From Actinomycetota bacterium (GTDB lineage Bacteria > Actinomycetota > Acidimicrobiia > Acidimicrobiales > Acidimicrobilacustridaceae), in NCBI GenBank assembly GCA_009703925.1, contig WLFD01000001.1, positions 1 to 58,641 on the forward strand: a stretch of DNA of 58,641 nucleotides, in the 5' to 3' direction. The notes beneath the pieces were generated by a model that did no database searches, was not told where the DNA came from, and saw only the letters and a list, made by a program, of their open reading frames with translations. A program made the translations under genes and the position numbers. Below, piece after piece: positions 10,092-20,415 of the stretch (its first letter is position 1; each line of letters opens with the position of its first letter).

Positions 10092-11342
10092 ATGGCTCTC
10101 GAAGGAATTGACCTTCTCGATCTCGACCGCTTCCAGCGCCTCGAGCACTACGAAATGTTCGACCGTCTGCGCGCCGAAGCTCCGGTGAGCTGGCACGACT
10201 ATCCGGGAGCTCAGGGCTTCTGGAACGTGGTGCAGCACCAGGACCTCGTCCAGGTCAACCGCGACACCGGCCTGTACTCCTCGGAGACCGGCGGTATCTC
10301 GATCCTCACCCCCGACGAGTTCCCCGGTGCCACCGGCTCGGACCCCCGCGGTCTGATGATGCTCTACATGGATCCGCCGAAGCACACGCGCTACCGACTG
10401 CTCGTGAACAAGGGCTTCACCCCCCGCATGATCGGACTCATCGAGAAGTATCTCGAACACCGTGCCGTTCTCATCGTCGACAACATCATCGAGCGCGGCT
10501 CGTGCGACTTCGTCGTCGATCTCGCATCGGAACTTCCCCTTCAGGCCATCGCCGAGATCATGGGCGTTCCGCAGGAAGACCGCATGATGCTGTTCGACTG
10601 GTCGAACCGCATGATCGGCCTCGACGATCCCGAATTCGCCGACGAAGACGGCGCTACCGCTTCCGCCGAGTTGTTCATGTACGTGAACGATCTTGCGCAG
10701 AAGCGTCAGACCGACCCGCGCGACGACATCGTCACCAAGCTCATCAACTCCGAGGTCGATGGCGATCGCCTCACCGAGTTCGAGTTCGACATGTTCATGA
10801 TGCTTCTCACCGTCGCTGGCAACGAGACCACCCGCAACACGACTTCGTGGGGCATGTGGGCGCTCATGCAGAACCCCGACCAGTACAAGATGCTGGCCAA
10901 CGACATCGATGGCAAGCTCGATCACGCCGTCGAGGAGATCCTCCGCTGGGCGACGCCGGTGTACCACTTCCGTCGCACCGCAACCGCCGACACCGTGCTC
11001 CACGGCCAGGAGATCAAGAAGGATGACAAGGTCGTCATCTGGCACATCTCGGCCAACCGCGACGAAGCAGTCTTCGAGAACCCGTACCAGTTCGACATCG
11101 ACCGCTGGCCCAACGAGCACATCGCGTTCGGTGGCGGCGGACAGCACTTCTGCCTCGGCGCCAACCTGGCCCGCATGGAACTCAAGCTCATCTTCCGCGA
11201 AATCATGTCCCGCATCCCGGACATGAAACTTGCCGGCGATGTCGAGATGCTCCGTTCGAACTTCATCGGTGGCGTCAAGCACATGCCGGTCGAGTTCAGC
11301 CCCGGAGTGCGTCGCAATCCGGCACCGCTTTCCCAAGACTGA
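10092..11342 (+). CDS. Cytochrome P450, CYP125/CYP124-like
   Basis: MDPPKHTRYR, I-helix AGNETTR, EEILR and heme motif FGGGGQHFCLG. GGGGGAAC RBS. Confidence 0.93.
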   Translation: MALEGIDLLDLDRFQRLEHYEMFDRLRAEAPVSWHDYPGAQGFWNVVQHQDLVQVNRDTGLYSSETGGISILTPDEFPGATGSDPRGLMMLYMDPPKHTRYRLLVNKGFTPRMIGLIEKYLEHRAVLIVDNIIERGSCDFVVDLASELPLQAIAEIMGVPQEDRMMLFDWSNRMIGLDDPEFADEDGATASAELFMYVNDLAQKRQTDPRDDIVTKLINSEVDGDRLTEFEFDMFMMLLTVAGNETTRNTTSWGMWALMQNPDQYKMLANDIDGKLDHAVEEILRWATPVYHFRRTATADTVLHGQEIKKDDKVVIWHISANRDEAVFENPYQFDIDRWPNEHIAFGGGGQHFCLGANLARMELKLIFREIMSRIPDMKLAGDVEMLRSNFIGGVKHMPVEFSPGVRRNPAPLSQD

Positions 11343-11417
11343 ATCAGTCGGGTCGTTCCGGCTTTCGATTGCGAACGTGCGGTCCCGTCTCTCCGGAGCG
11401 GGGCCGCACTTTCGCGT

Positions 11418-12998
11418 TCAGGCGTCGACCAGGGCGTCATCCTTCTCGTAGGACGCCAACATCATGGCTTCGTCGACCTTGTCCGGGAACCCGAGCCACA
11501 CGACGACAACGCCCATCCCCATGGCCAGGAGCCCGACGAAGAACGCCCACTTCTGGCCGGCCACGAACGACTCGTTTGCAGCCTGGACTATCTGGGCCGA
11601 GTACTGGGGATAGTTGGCCGCAACCGATTCGGCGCCGGCGTACGACTTGGTGAGCTGGGCGGTGACCTGACCGGTGATCTCCGAACCCTGCGGTGCATCA
11701 GCGATCGCTGCATCGAACGACGACGCGTATCTGATCGTCAGAAGTGCACCGAGCACGGACTGCATGATTGCGCCGCCGAGATCGCGCTGAAGATCGGCCG
11801 TGCCCGACGCCATCCCCGCTTTTCGGACCGGCACCGAACTGGTGAGGGCACGCGACGCCGGCGTGCCAGCGAGCCCCACACCGATGGCAAGGAGCACGTA
11901 GCCGAGAGCCACCGTCGCGAACGATGTCGATGATCCCCAGAGAAGCCACATCACCATGAAACCCGCCGCACAGAATGCATACCCGGCGAGGAGCGTGATC
12001 CGGGATCCGTATCGCTGGATCAGCGTCGCCGAGCGCGGAGCGACGAGAACCATCGCAATCGCAGCCGGCACGACGCTCAGTCCTGCAGTCCACGTCGAGT
12101 AGCCGAGAACATTCTGCAGATACTGCTGGCCCACGAAGATCGCACCCATGAGCGCGCCGAACACGAGCAGGCCGGCGACCGCCGCAACCCAGAAGGTTCG
12201 ACGACCGGCGTAGCCCAGGTCGTAGAGAGGTTCGGCCGCACGCTTCTGCCTGATGACGAACGCGACGACAGCCAGAACACCGACGGCACCGAGGAGCAGC
12301 GACTGGGTCAACATGCCGGGTTGTGGTGCGAAGTTGATGCCGAGGACGATCGCTCCGACCATGACCACCGACAGAATCCCGCCGAGGTTGTCGACGCGTT
12401 CGGTGGTCTCGTTGACATGGGCCGGAACAAAGAGCACCGCTCCCGCCAAAGCGATCAGAGCGAGCGGCACCGTGATGAGGAACACCGATCCCCACCAGAA
12501 ATGTACGAGCACCAGACCGGCGGCGAGCGGACCGAGAGCGGCGGACGCTCCTCCGATCGCCGACCACAGGGCGATCGAACGGGTACGGGCATGACCCGTC
12601 CACAAAGCGGCGATCAGTGCAAGCGTCGTCGGGTATGCCATACCCGCGGCAAGGCCACCGGCCAGCCGGGCGATGGCGAGCGTGGCCATCGAAGGCGCCC
12701 ACGCCGCGAAGACCGACGCTGGGATCGCGAGCGCTGTGCCGAGAATCAGCATGCGCTTGCGGCCGTGTCTGTCACCGAGCGCTCCCAGCCAGAGCACCGA
12801 GCAGGCCAAACCGAGTGAATAACCGACGGCGACGAGGTTCACCCCGACCTGCGATGCGTCGAAGCGATCGGCGATCTCGGGTAAAGCCACGTTGGCCACC
12901 GAGAGATTCAGATTGGCAACCAGCGCCACCAGAATCAGCGAGACAAGGACGAGACCCGATCTGGCCGGCCCGGTTCCCGACGCTTCGACCTCAGCCAT
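11418..12998 (-). CDS. MFS transporter, DHA2 (14-TM) type
   Basis: NLSVANVALP and GALGDRHGRKR motifs, many hydrophobic helices. Start overlaps the upstream SDR stop. Confidence 0.88.
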   Translation of the reverse strand: MAEVEASGTGPARSGLVLVSLILVALVANLNLSVANVALPEIADRFDASQVGVNLVAVGYSLGLACSVLWLGALGDRHGRKRMLILGTALAIPASVFAAWAPSMATLAIARLAGGLAAGMAYPTTLALIAALWTGHARTRSIALWSAIGGASAALGPLAAGLVLVHFWWGSVFLITVPLALIALAGAVLFVPAHVNETTERVDNLGGILSVVMVGAIVLGINFAPQPGMLTQSLLLGAVGVLAVVAFVIRQKRAAEPLYDLGYAGRRTFWVAAVAGLLVFGALMGAIFVGQQYLQNVLGYSTWTAGLSVVPAAIAMVLVAPRSATLIQRYGSRITLLAGYAFCAAGFMVMWLLWGSSTSFATVALGYVLLAIGVGLAGTPASRALTSSVPVRKAGMASGTADLQRDLGGAIMQSVLGALLTIRYASSFDAAIADAPQGSEITGQVTAQLTKSYAGAESVAANYPQYSAQIVQAANESFVAGQKWAFFVGLLAMGMGVVVVWLGFPDKVDEAMMLASYEKDDALVDA

Positions 12999-13836
12999 GG
13001 TGAACCCGCTGGCCACCCGGATATGGAGCAAGCCCGTCCAGATCCATGACGGTCAGTCCCAGTTCGTCGAGAAGATCGAGACTCACGTGGACATGACCGC
13101 TGCGTTCCGCACGACAGTCGGCGAGGGCGATGATCGATTCGACCATCGCCTCCATCGATTCGATCTGATCATCGCGGACGATGTCGCCGACGAGCGCCTG
13201 CGCACCCTCGCTCATCACGGCGGCGCGCGGCTCGACCGTGTTGACCCGCACGCCGTGCGCCGCGACCTCGAGCGCCATCGCATTCGTCATCCGGTTGAGC
13301 GCCGCCTTGGATGACCCGTAGAAGCCCGTCGTTCCCGCAACACCGGCCGATGCGTACGGAGGACCTTCGATCATGCGACCGGTTGCGCTCGAAACGTTCA
13401 CGATCCAGCCCTCGCCGCGTTCGATCATCGACGGCAACACCTGTTGCATGAGATCGAGCGGGGCGAACACATTGACTTCGAACATGATCCGACGACGCTT
13501 CTGCGGGTAGTCGAGCAATGATCCGTAAATCGCCGCTGCCGCGTTGTTCACCAGAATGTCGATGGGACCGCCAAGAGCCTCGACGGCAGCCGGAACGATC
13601 CGGAGGCGATCATCGGGATCGGTGAGATCCGCCGCGACCACCTGCACATTGGTACCGAATCTGCGGCAGCGCTCGAGGGTCTCGTTGAGACTGCCGGCGA
13701 GATGGTCGTGCCTGTCAACGGTGCGGGCGGTCAACATGACATCGGCACCCTCCGCAGCGAGCCGTTCGGCCGTGGCCGCACCGATCCCCCGGCTCGAACC
13801 GGTCACGATCGCCCGACGTCCTGAGAATCGACCCAT
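12991..13836 (-). CDS. SDR oxidoreductase
   Basis: TGSSRGIG, NNAA and YGSSK motifs. Confidence 0.92.
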   Translation of the reverse strand: MGRFSGRRAIVTGSSRGIGAATAERLAAEGADVMLTARTVDRHDHLAGSLNETLERCRRFGTNVQVVAADLTDPDDRLRIVPAAVEALGGPIDILVNNAAAAIYGSLLDYPQKRRRIMFEVNVFAPLDLMQQVLPSMIERGEGWIVNVSSATGRMIEGPPYASAGVAGTTGFYGSSKAALNRMTNAMALEVAAHGVRVNTVEPRAAVMSEGAQALVGDIVRDDQIESMEAMVESIIALADCRAERSGHVHVSLDLLDELGLTVMDLDGLAPYPGGQRVHHG

Positions 13837-13970
13837 TTCCACCCCTTGAACCCGTGCGGTCCAGCGCCTTGCGAACCGTGGGAGCACCGTACTTGAACCC
13901 AGTTCTCCCTTCGGCCGGGACCCGTGCCGCGTAGTACCGTGACCGCAAGAACTCAAGGGGAGATTTCGCC

Positions 13971-15719
13971 ATGTACGACTTGAAGATCACAGGTGGAACC
14001 ATCGTCGATGGTTCCGGTGCCGACCGGTTCATCGGCGACATCGCCGTCAAGGACGGAAAGATCGTTGCCATCAAGCGCGGCGGCGGCCTCGAGGGCGATG
14101 CCGTCGAGACGATCGATGCCACCGGCAAGATCGTCACGCCCGGTTTCGTCGACATCCACACCCACTATGACGGTCAGGTCACGTGGGATGAGCAACTCGA
14201 GCCGTCGAGCACCCACGGCGTGACCACCGTCGTCAGCGGCAACTGTGGCGTCGGATTCGCCCCCGTGCATCACGGCAGTGAAGCCGATCTCATCTCGCTA
14301 ATGGAAGGCGTCGAGGACATCCCCGGCACCGCCCTCACCGAGGGCATGACCTGGGGTTGGGAAAGCTTCCCCGGTTATCTCGACAAGCTCGACGAGCGTG
14401 AACTCGCCGTGGATTACGGCGTGCAGATCGCACACAGCGCTGTTCGCACCTATGTCATGGGCGATCGGGGCGCACGCAACGAAGCCGCGTCGACCGAAGA
14501 CATCGATCTCATGGCCAAGCATGTGCAGGAAGCCGTCGAAGCCGGGGCCCTCGGGTTCTCGACGTCGCGGACACTCGGCCACCGCGCCATGAACGGCGAG
14601 CCCGTCCCCGGCACCTTTGCCGCCGAGGACGAACTCTTCGGTCTCGGTCGGGCCATGGCCCGCGGCGGCAACGCCGTTTTCGAGCTCGCACCGATGGGTG
14701 CCGCCGGCGAAGACATCATCGCCCCGAAGGTCGAAGTCGAATGGATGCGTCGTCTCGCCGCAGAGATCGATCGCCCGGTTTCGTTCGCTCTCATCCAGGT
14801 CGATGCCGCACCCGAACTGTGGCGCGAGATCATGGCCGAATCGATGGCGGCTCACGATGCCGGCTCGCCGATCTTCCCCCAGGTGGCAGCCCGCCCGTTC
14901 GGCATGCTCCTCGGTTTCGCCGGACACCACGCATTCTCGAAGCGCCCGACCTACATCGAACTCGCCGGTCGCATGTCGCCCCAGGAGCTTGCACTCGAGT
15001 TGATCAAGCCTTCGGTCAAGGCCGCAATCCTGTCCGAGACCGATCTCCCCGCCAATCCGAGCGTGTTGTTCGACGGCATGAACGGACTCGCCCAAGGGAT
15101 GGTCGGCAACACCTACAACCTCGGTGCCCATGTCGACTACGAGCCGACCGCTGATCAGACCATCGCCGCTCTCGCCGCCGCTCAGGGCCGTGATCCGCTC
15201 GAAGTTCTCTACGACGCTTACAGCGAGTTCGACGGCACGGCCATGACGATGGTTCCGTTCTTCAACTACTCCCATGGCAACCAGGACGCCGTGCGCGAGA
15301 TGCTCCTCCATCCCGCGGGAGTCGCCGGTCTGTCCGATGGCGGCGCACATTGCGGCATGATCTGCGATGCCTCGTACCCGACGTATCTGCTGTCGTTCTG
15401 GGCCAAGGGTCGGACCCGCGGACCGGGCCTTCCGCTCGAGTTCGTCGTCAAGAAGCAGTCCTTCGACACGGCCCAGTTGTTCGGCCTGACCGACCGTGGA
15501 CTTCTTGCCGAGGGCAAGCGCGCCGACATCAACATCATCGACATGGACACGATCGCCATCGGCCGTCCATCCATGGCCTACGACCTTCCCGCCGGAGGCA
15601 AGCGTCTCCTGCAGGGAGCAACCGGGTACACGCACACCATCGTGAACGGTGTCGTCACCCGCCGCAACGACGCCGACACCGGCGCTCGCCCCGGACGTCT
15701 CGTCCGCGGCACCCGCTGA
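13971..15719 (+). CDS. N-acyl-D-amino-acid deacylase family amidohydrolase
   Basis: PGFVDIHTHYD, GNCGVGFAP and SDGGAH motifs. Confidence 0.9.
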   Translation: MYDLKITGGTIVDGSGADRFIGDIAVKDGKIVAIKRGGGLEGDAVETIDATGKIVTPGFVDIHTHYDGQVTWDEQLEPSSTHGVTTVVSGNCGVGFAPVHHGSEADLISLMEGVEDIPGTALTEGMTWGWESFPGYLDKLDERELAVDYGVQIAHSAVRTYVMGDRGARNEAASTEDIDLMAKHVQEAVEAGALGFSTSRTLGHRAMNGEPVPGTFAAEDELFGLGRAMARGGNAVFELAPMGAAGEDIIAPKVEVEWMRRLAAEIDRPVSFALIQVDAAPELWREIMAESMAAHDAGSPIFPQVAARPFGMLLGFAGHHAFSKRPTYIELAGRMSPQELALELIKPSVKAAILSETDLPANPSVLFDGMNGLAQGMVGNTYNLGAHVDYEPTADQTIAALAAAQGRDPLEVLYDAYSEFDGTAMTMVPFFNYSHGNQDAVREMLLHPAGVAGLSDGGAHCGMICDASYPTYLLSFWAKGRTRGPGLPLEFVVKKQSFDTAQLFGLTDRGLLAEGKRADINIIDMDTIAIGRPSMAYDLPAGGKRLLQGATGYTHTIVNGVVTRRNDADTGARPGRLVRGTR

Positions 15720-15777
15720 TCCCCACTCTTCCCGCCGACATCCGTGTCGGCTCACCAACACCACCCGAGGTATCGAC

Positions 15778-16632
15778 ATGACTTCATCAACCAACGCGTC
15801 TCTCGCTGGTCGCACCGCGATCGTCACCGGAGGCGGAACCGGAATCGGCGCCGCCTGCGCAACCCGCCTGGCCAATGACGGAATGAACGTCACGATCTGC
15901 GGGCGCACCGAAAGCCGCCTCGTGGATGTCGCCGAGCGGATCAAGGCATCCGGCGCAACCGGGGCAATCCGTCATCAGGTCACCGATGTCACCGTCGAGG
16001 ACGATGTCGCCGCACTTGTCGCCGGTCATGTCGATGCCTTCGGACGTCTTGACGGATTTGTCGCCAACGCCGGTGGTGGTGGAGGCATGGGCCCGTACCA
16101 TCTGCTCGACACCGAGGAATTCATCCGGGTGCTCCACCTCAACGTCATGGGCACGATGCTTTCGGTGAAGTACTCCGTTCCCCACCTCGTCGCTGCCGGT
16201 GGCGGTTCGTTCGTCGGCATGTCGTCGCTGGCCGGGCACAAGACCCACGTGATGTTCGGCGCCTATTGCGTCGCCAAGGCCGGTATCGAAGAGATGATGA
16301 AGAACGCCGCCGACGAGTTCGGCGAGGTCAAGGTGCGCTTCAACTCGGTTCGTCCCGGTTTCATCTCGACCGAGATCATGGAAGGCATCCCGCGAGAATC
16401 CGCCGTCTACGACAGTTACATCGAGAACACGCCTCTCAACGACGTCGGTGAACCCGAAGACATCGCCAACCTCGTCCGCTTCCTCGTGAGTGACGAATCC
16501 CGTTGGATCACCGGCACCGCCATCAATTGCGACGGCGGCCATCACCTGCGCCGAGGCCCCGATTTCCGTTCGTTCATCGAACCGGCAATCGGCCACGACG
16601 CTCTCGTCGGCAAAGCACCCGTCGGCGGTTGA
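15778..16632 (+). CDS. SDR oxidoreductase
   Basis: TGGGTGIG, ANAG, YCVAK and ITGTAINCDGG motifs. Confidence 0.92.
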   Translation: MTSSTNASLAGRTAIVTGGGTGIGAACATRLANDGMNVTICGRTESRLVDVAERIKASGATGAIRHQVTDVTVEDDVAALVAGHVDAFGRLDGFVANAGGGGGMGPYHLLDTEEFIRVLHLNVMGTMLSVKYSVPHLVAAGGGSFVGMSSLAGHKTHVMFGAYCVAKAGIEEMMKNAADEFGEVKVRFNSVRPGFISTEIMEGIPRESAVYDSYIENTPLNDVGEPEDIANLVRFLVSDESRWITGTAINCDGGHHLRRGPDFRSFIEPAIGHDALVGKAPVGG

Positions 16633-16655
16633 GCGAAACTCCCGGTTCCCCGGCC

Positions 16656-17621
16656 ATGAAACTGGGCCTGTATTTCGATCTCCGCAACCCGGAGCCGTGG
16701 GCATCGCCGTGGACCACCGTGTACCGCGATGCCCTCAATCAGATCGTGCGTTCCGAGGAACTCGGAATCGATTCGGTCTGGTTCTCCGAGCATCATCTGT
16801 TCGCCGACGGATATCTGCCGCAACCGCTCACATTCGCGGCCGCGGCCGCAGCGCGCACCTCGCGGATCCGTATCGGAACCGCCGTACTCGTCGCCGCACT
16901 CCGGCCGGCGGTACTCGTGGCCGAGGAAGCAGCCATCGTCGACCAGATCTCCGGCGGCCGACTCGAACTGGGCATCGGTGCCGGGTACAGCGTTCCCGAG
17001 TACGAGATCTACGCGACCGACATCACCAAACGCTATGGACTCACCGATGCCGCTGTCGCCGAGATCCGCCGCCTTCTGGACAATGGCATCGTCACTCCCC
17101 CGGCGGCCCAGAACCCGTTTCCGATCTGGCTCGGCTACCAGGGTCCTCAGGGCGCGCGTCGGGCCGGTCGCCTCGGGGTCGGTCTCTTGAGCCTCGATCG
17201 GGCCCTGCTCGAGCCGTACCGGGAAGGTCTGATCGAGGGCGGCCACGACACAGCGCTGGCCCGGACTGGCGGGATGATGGACATCATCGTCGCCGACGAT
17301 CCGGAAAGCGCGTTCGAGCGCATCCTCCCGCACTACGCACACCAGCTCAACACCTACAGGGCCGCCGCCGTGGCGGGAACGGGCCGCGACACTCCCCGGG
17401 AGATCACCGTCGAGAAGCTGCGGTCCGGGGTCACCAACAACGGACAGATTCCGGGGCTCAGGGTTCTCACTCCGGACGATGCCGTTGCCGCCATCCGCGA
17501 TGCGACCGAAGGTTCACCGGTCGAGCATGTCTACCTGTGGGCCAGCGTCGCGGGAATGCCCGCAGACCTCGTCGACCGTCACATCGAACTCGTCTGTACC
17601 CGGGTCCGCCCCAGCCTCTGA
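16656..17621 (+). CDS. LLM (luciferase-like) flavin-dependent oxidoreductase
   Basis: MKLGLYFDLRNP, VWFSEHH, RIRIGTAV and SGGRLELGIGAGY motifs. Confidence 0.9.
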   Translation: MKLGLYFDLRNPEPWASPWTTVYRDALNQIVRSEELGIDSVWFSEHHLFADGYLPQPLTFAAAAAARTSRIRIGTAVLVAALRPAVLVAEEAAIVDQISGGRLELGIGAGYSVPEYEIYATDITKRYGLTDAAVAEIRRLLDNGIVTPPAAQNPFPIWLGYQGPQGARRAGRLGVGLLSLDRALLEPYREGLIEGGHDTALARTGGMMDIIVADDPESAFERILPHYAHQLNTYRAAAVAGTGRDTPREITVEKLRSGVTNNGQIPGLRVLTPDDAVAAIRDATEGSPVEHVYLWASVAGMPADLVDRHIELVCTRVRPSL

Positions 17622-17626
17622 CCGAT

Positions 17627-17662
17627 CCCAAAAGCCGTGCTGGCCCCAATAGCCGTGCTGGC
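17627..17662. repeat. 18-bp tandem duplication
   Basis: CCCAAAAGCCGTGCTGGC followed by CCCAATAGCCGTGCTGGC (1 mismatch). Confidence 0.85.
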
Positions 17663-17704
17663 TCGTTTCTGGTCGCTGGAGCGACCGAAATCGAGCCAGC
17701 TTGG
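17657..17704. repeat. REP-like palindromic element, copy 1 (also a likely bidirectional terminator)
   Basis: GCTGGCTCGTTTCTGGTCGCT-GG-AGCGACCGAAATCGAGCCAGCTTGG between convergent genes. Shares 17-bp and 13-bp identical arms with 56105-56156. Confidence 0.8.
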
Positions 17705-17715
17705 AAGTTCGGGGG

Positions 17716-18549
17716 TCAGTCGGGAGTTGGGAGCGGTTCGAGCAGACCGAGCTCGCGGGCGATCGCCTGCGCCTCGTGATAGGTGCCGTTCTCGAACGTG
17801 GAAGGTCCGGATGTGGCCAGCCATGCGATGGCGGCACCCACCACCGACGGTTCGACACCTCGGGACGCGATCTCCCCAAGCTCGGTGACCATGCGCGTGC
17901 GTTCCGTCGCAACGAATCCGGGATCGACGGTGAACGCCGTGACTCCGTCCTCGCCGTACTCGAAGGCGATCCGGTCGGCGGCCCGGTGGAATCCCGCTTT
18001 CGCCGCGCAATACACCAGCTGCGGTCCGCCTTTTCCGATCGGGAACTTCAGCTTCCACTTGCCCGACCCCGAGCCGATGTTGACAATGACGCCGCCACCG
18101 CGGGCGACCATATGCGCGACCTGAGGCTGCAGAAGAAGCAGCTGAGCGGTGAGGTCACCCCACATCTGGTTGACGAGGTCGTCGGGGTCCGTGTCGAGGA
18201 ACGACTTCGGGCCTCCTCCCCCGACGAAGATCGCGTTGTTGACGACGACATCGAGATGTCCGAGTTCGGCGATCGCCATCTCGACAGCCGGAACAAGTGC
18301 GGAGCGCTCGAGCAGGTCGAGTCGAACCTGAACGGCACGGCCGCCGCGGGCCTCGATCTCGGCGGCGGTGGCTGCAAGACTCCCGGGGAGAATCTGTCCG
18401 TCGCTGGTCAGTGCGGACGGATCGCCGTCGTTCACCGTTCGCGCGGTGATCGCCACGTCGAATCCGATGTCGGCGAGCGCCAGCGCCGTGGCCCTGCCGA
18501 TCCCCCTGCTAGCACCGGTCACAAGTGCGGTCCTACGTTCAGTCACCAC
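17716..18549 (-). CDS. SDR oxidoreductase
   Basis: TGASRGIG, NNAI and YCAAK motifs. Confidence 0.9.
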   Translation of the reverse strand: MVTERRTALVTGASRGIGRATALALADIGFDVAITARTVNDGDPSALTSDGQILPGSLAATAAEIEARGGRAVQVRLDLLERSALVPAVEMAIAELGHLDVVVNNAIFVGGGGPKSFLDTDPDDLVNQMWGDLTAQLLLLQPQVAHMVARGGGVIVNIGSGSGKWKLKFPIGKGGPQLVYCAAKAGFHRAADRIAFEYGEDGVTAFTVDPGFVATERTRMVTELGEIASRGVEPSVVGAAIAWLATSGPSTFENGTYHEAQAIARELGLLEPLPTPD

Positions 18550-19487
18550 GTTTTCTGGCCCCTGGCTTCTCGCAGCAGTTTGCGCGCCGCCGGGAAGCTG
18601 TAGTTGTCGTGATCCTCACCCCATGCGGTCACACCGTCGAACGACCACTCGGTCAGACAGTTGATCGAATAGAGATTCGGATTGATGAGGAACCCCATCG
18701 AGTTGCGCGTCGCTCCCTCGGCATGAATCGACCGGCCGAGCTCATCGATGCCGTCGAACATCACCCGTAGCGGGAATCCGTCGGCATCGCGTTCGAGAAC
18801 CCGTCTCTCGCCGCTCGCCATCTTCGACCACTCCCCGTCGCGCAGGAGCGAACCGTGGATGGCGATGCATCCGGTTCCGAAATCCATCGTGATCACGTGG
18901 AATGCGTCGACCTCCGAGGCCGTTGCGTAGCTGTACCCCCCATTGGTGCTGACACCACCGTGGATTCCCGGACCGAACTGCGGTCGCGGCCCCCACGACC
19001 GATCGCGGAACCCGAACGAATCGACCGCGATGGTCTCGCCGTGCAGAACGATCGTTCCCTCGTATCGACCGGGTTGATCGACATGGGAAGCACCCAGCAT
19101 GTTGGGAGCGACGATCCCCGTGAACGTGAGATCGACATGAATCTCGTCGCCTCCGTCGGGATCGTCATAGCCGATGACCCACTTGCGCTGCGGTTCGAGG
19201 CACTTGTAGCGAATGCCGTTGGCCAGTGTCAGATCGGTGAGCGGCTGATCCGGCAACGGAAGATGCCAGAACTGCTTCGCGTAGATGCAGGTTTCTGGCC
19301 GATCGGCGCGACCGTCCCAGAAGAAGGCACCGCCGGCGGCGACTCCCTGATTCGGTTTGAAGTACGGATACAGCTGCCCGGACAGACCGCGTTCGGGAAC
19401 GGCGAACGTGAACCAGGACGTCTCGGTCCATTCCGGATCGTCGGAGGTTGGTTGGTGGAACTCGTCGTCGGGATGCATGGAGGTCAC
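18543..19487 (-). CDS. Conserved actinobacterial protein of unknown function (AttH/CrtC-like beta-barrel; DUF7064/7065-like)
   Basis: WTETSWF and GFRDRSWGPR motifs, which I recall from actinobacterial catabolic loci. Its end overlaps the start of the downstream SDR. Confidence 0.6.
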   Translation of the reverse strand: MTSMHPDDEFHQPTSDDPEWTETSWFTFAVPERGLSGQLYPYFKPNQGVAAGGAFFWDGRADRPETCIYAKQFWHLPLPDQPLTDLTLANGIRYKCLEPQRKWVIGYDDPDGGDEIHVDLTFTGIVAPNMLGASHVDQPGRYEGTIVLHGETIAVDSFGFRDRSWGPRPQFGPGIHGGVSTNGGYSYATASEVDAFHVITMDFGTGCIAIHGSLLRDGEWSKMASGERRVLERDADGFPLRVMFDGIDELGRSIHAEGATRNSMGFLINPNLYSINCLTEWSFDGVTAWGEDHDNYSFPAARKLLREARGQKTW

Positions 19488-19507
19488 GGGAGAACTCCGT
19501 CGACCGA

Positions 19508-20323
19508 CTACGCGAGTCCGCTGAAGTCGACCTGGCCCGTTGTCATCGCGGCGGTGAAGCCGGAATCGACGAGAAGGTTCACACCGTTGATGAAGCTGGC
19601 TGCATCGCTGCCCATGAAGGCGAGGGGCGGAGCGATGTCGGCGGCGACAGCCATTCGACCGTTGCCCTGAACCGTCACACTCCAGTCGATGACCTTGTCA
19701 CCCATGGTCTCGCGGAAGTCCTTCATGAGAGGCGTGTCGACCGGCGCCGGGCAGATGCTGTTGATACGCACGCCGCGGCGGATCGCCTCGTGCGACTTGC
19801 GCATGACATACACCTGCATGCACATCTTCGAGAACCCGTAGACATCGTTGACAACCTCGGGATGTGCTTCACACCAGTCGAGAAATTCATCCCAATCGGC
19901 GATGTCGAGCAACGCGTTGATCTCGGCGACCTGTGCCGGCCATCCGTTGCCTGCCATCGACGCCGTGAACACGACGGTTCCGCCTTCGGTGATCCGGTCG
20001 AGGAGTCCGTCGACAAGACGGCGGGAGGCGGCGACGTTGACGGCCATACATGCGCGCACACCGGCGTTGGCGGCAACGCCCGCGTTCGAGAAAAGAACAT
20101 CGATGCGTCCGTCGAGCTGCGCCATGGCCGCATCGACCGAATCCTTGTCGGAGAGGTTCGTCTCGATGAAGACATCGACATCACCGGCCGGCTTCTTGAT
20201 GTCGAGAACCGTGATGTGCTCGACATCGAGAGTTCGGAGAAGGTCGACCAGGGCAGCACCGATACCGGTCGCTCCTCCGGTGATCACAACACGCTTGCCC
20301 TTGTAATTGAACAGATCAGCCAT
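19508..20323 (-). CDS. SDR, coniferyl-alcohol / 3-alpha-hydroxysteroid dehydrogenase-like
   Basis: TGGATGIG, LDIK, SNAGV, YGFSK and FINGVNLLVDSG motifs. Confidence 0.85.
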   Translation of the reverse strand: MADLFNYKGKRVVITGGATGIGAALVDLLRTLDVEHITVLDIKKPAGDVDVFIETNLSDKDSVDAAMAQLDGRIDVLFSNAGVAANAGVRACMAVNVAASRRLVDGLLDRITEGGTVVFTASMAGNGWPAQVAEINALLDIADWDEFLDWCEAHPEVVNDVYGFSKMCMQVYVMRKSHEAIRRGVRINSICPAPVDTPLMKDFRETMGDKVIDWSVTVQGNGRMAVAADIAPPLAFMGSDAASFINGVNLLVDSGFTAAMTTGQVDFSGLA

Positions 20324-20415
20324 GGCAATGTTCCCCCGGGGAGACTTCGTCGCCGGTCGATCGACACGGCGAGGTCGAACCTATGAGCGGTGCCGGAACG
20401 TGTCAAAATCGGATC

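Noticed and set aside
13893-13906. TTGAACCCAGTTCT as a KstR operator in the SDR/deacylase divergent region
   Set aside because: The AAC-GTT spacing is 3 nt rather than the 2 nt of the KstR motif TNNAACNNGTTNNA, and I found no second copy in the cluster.
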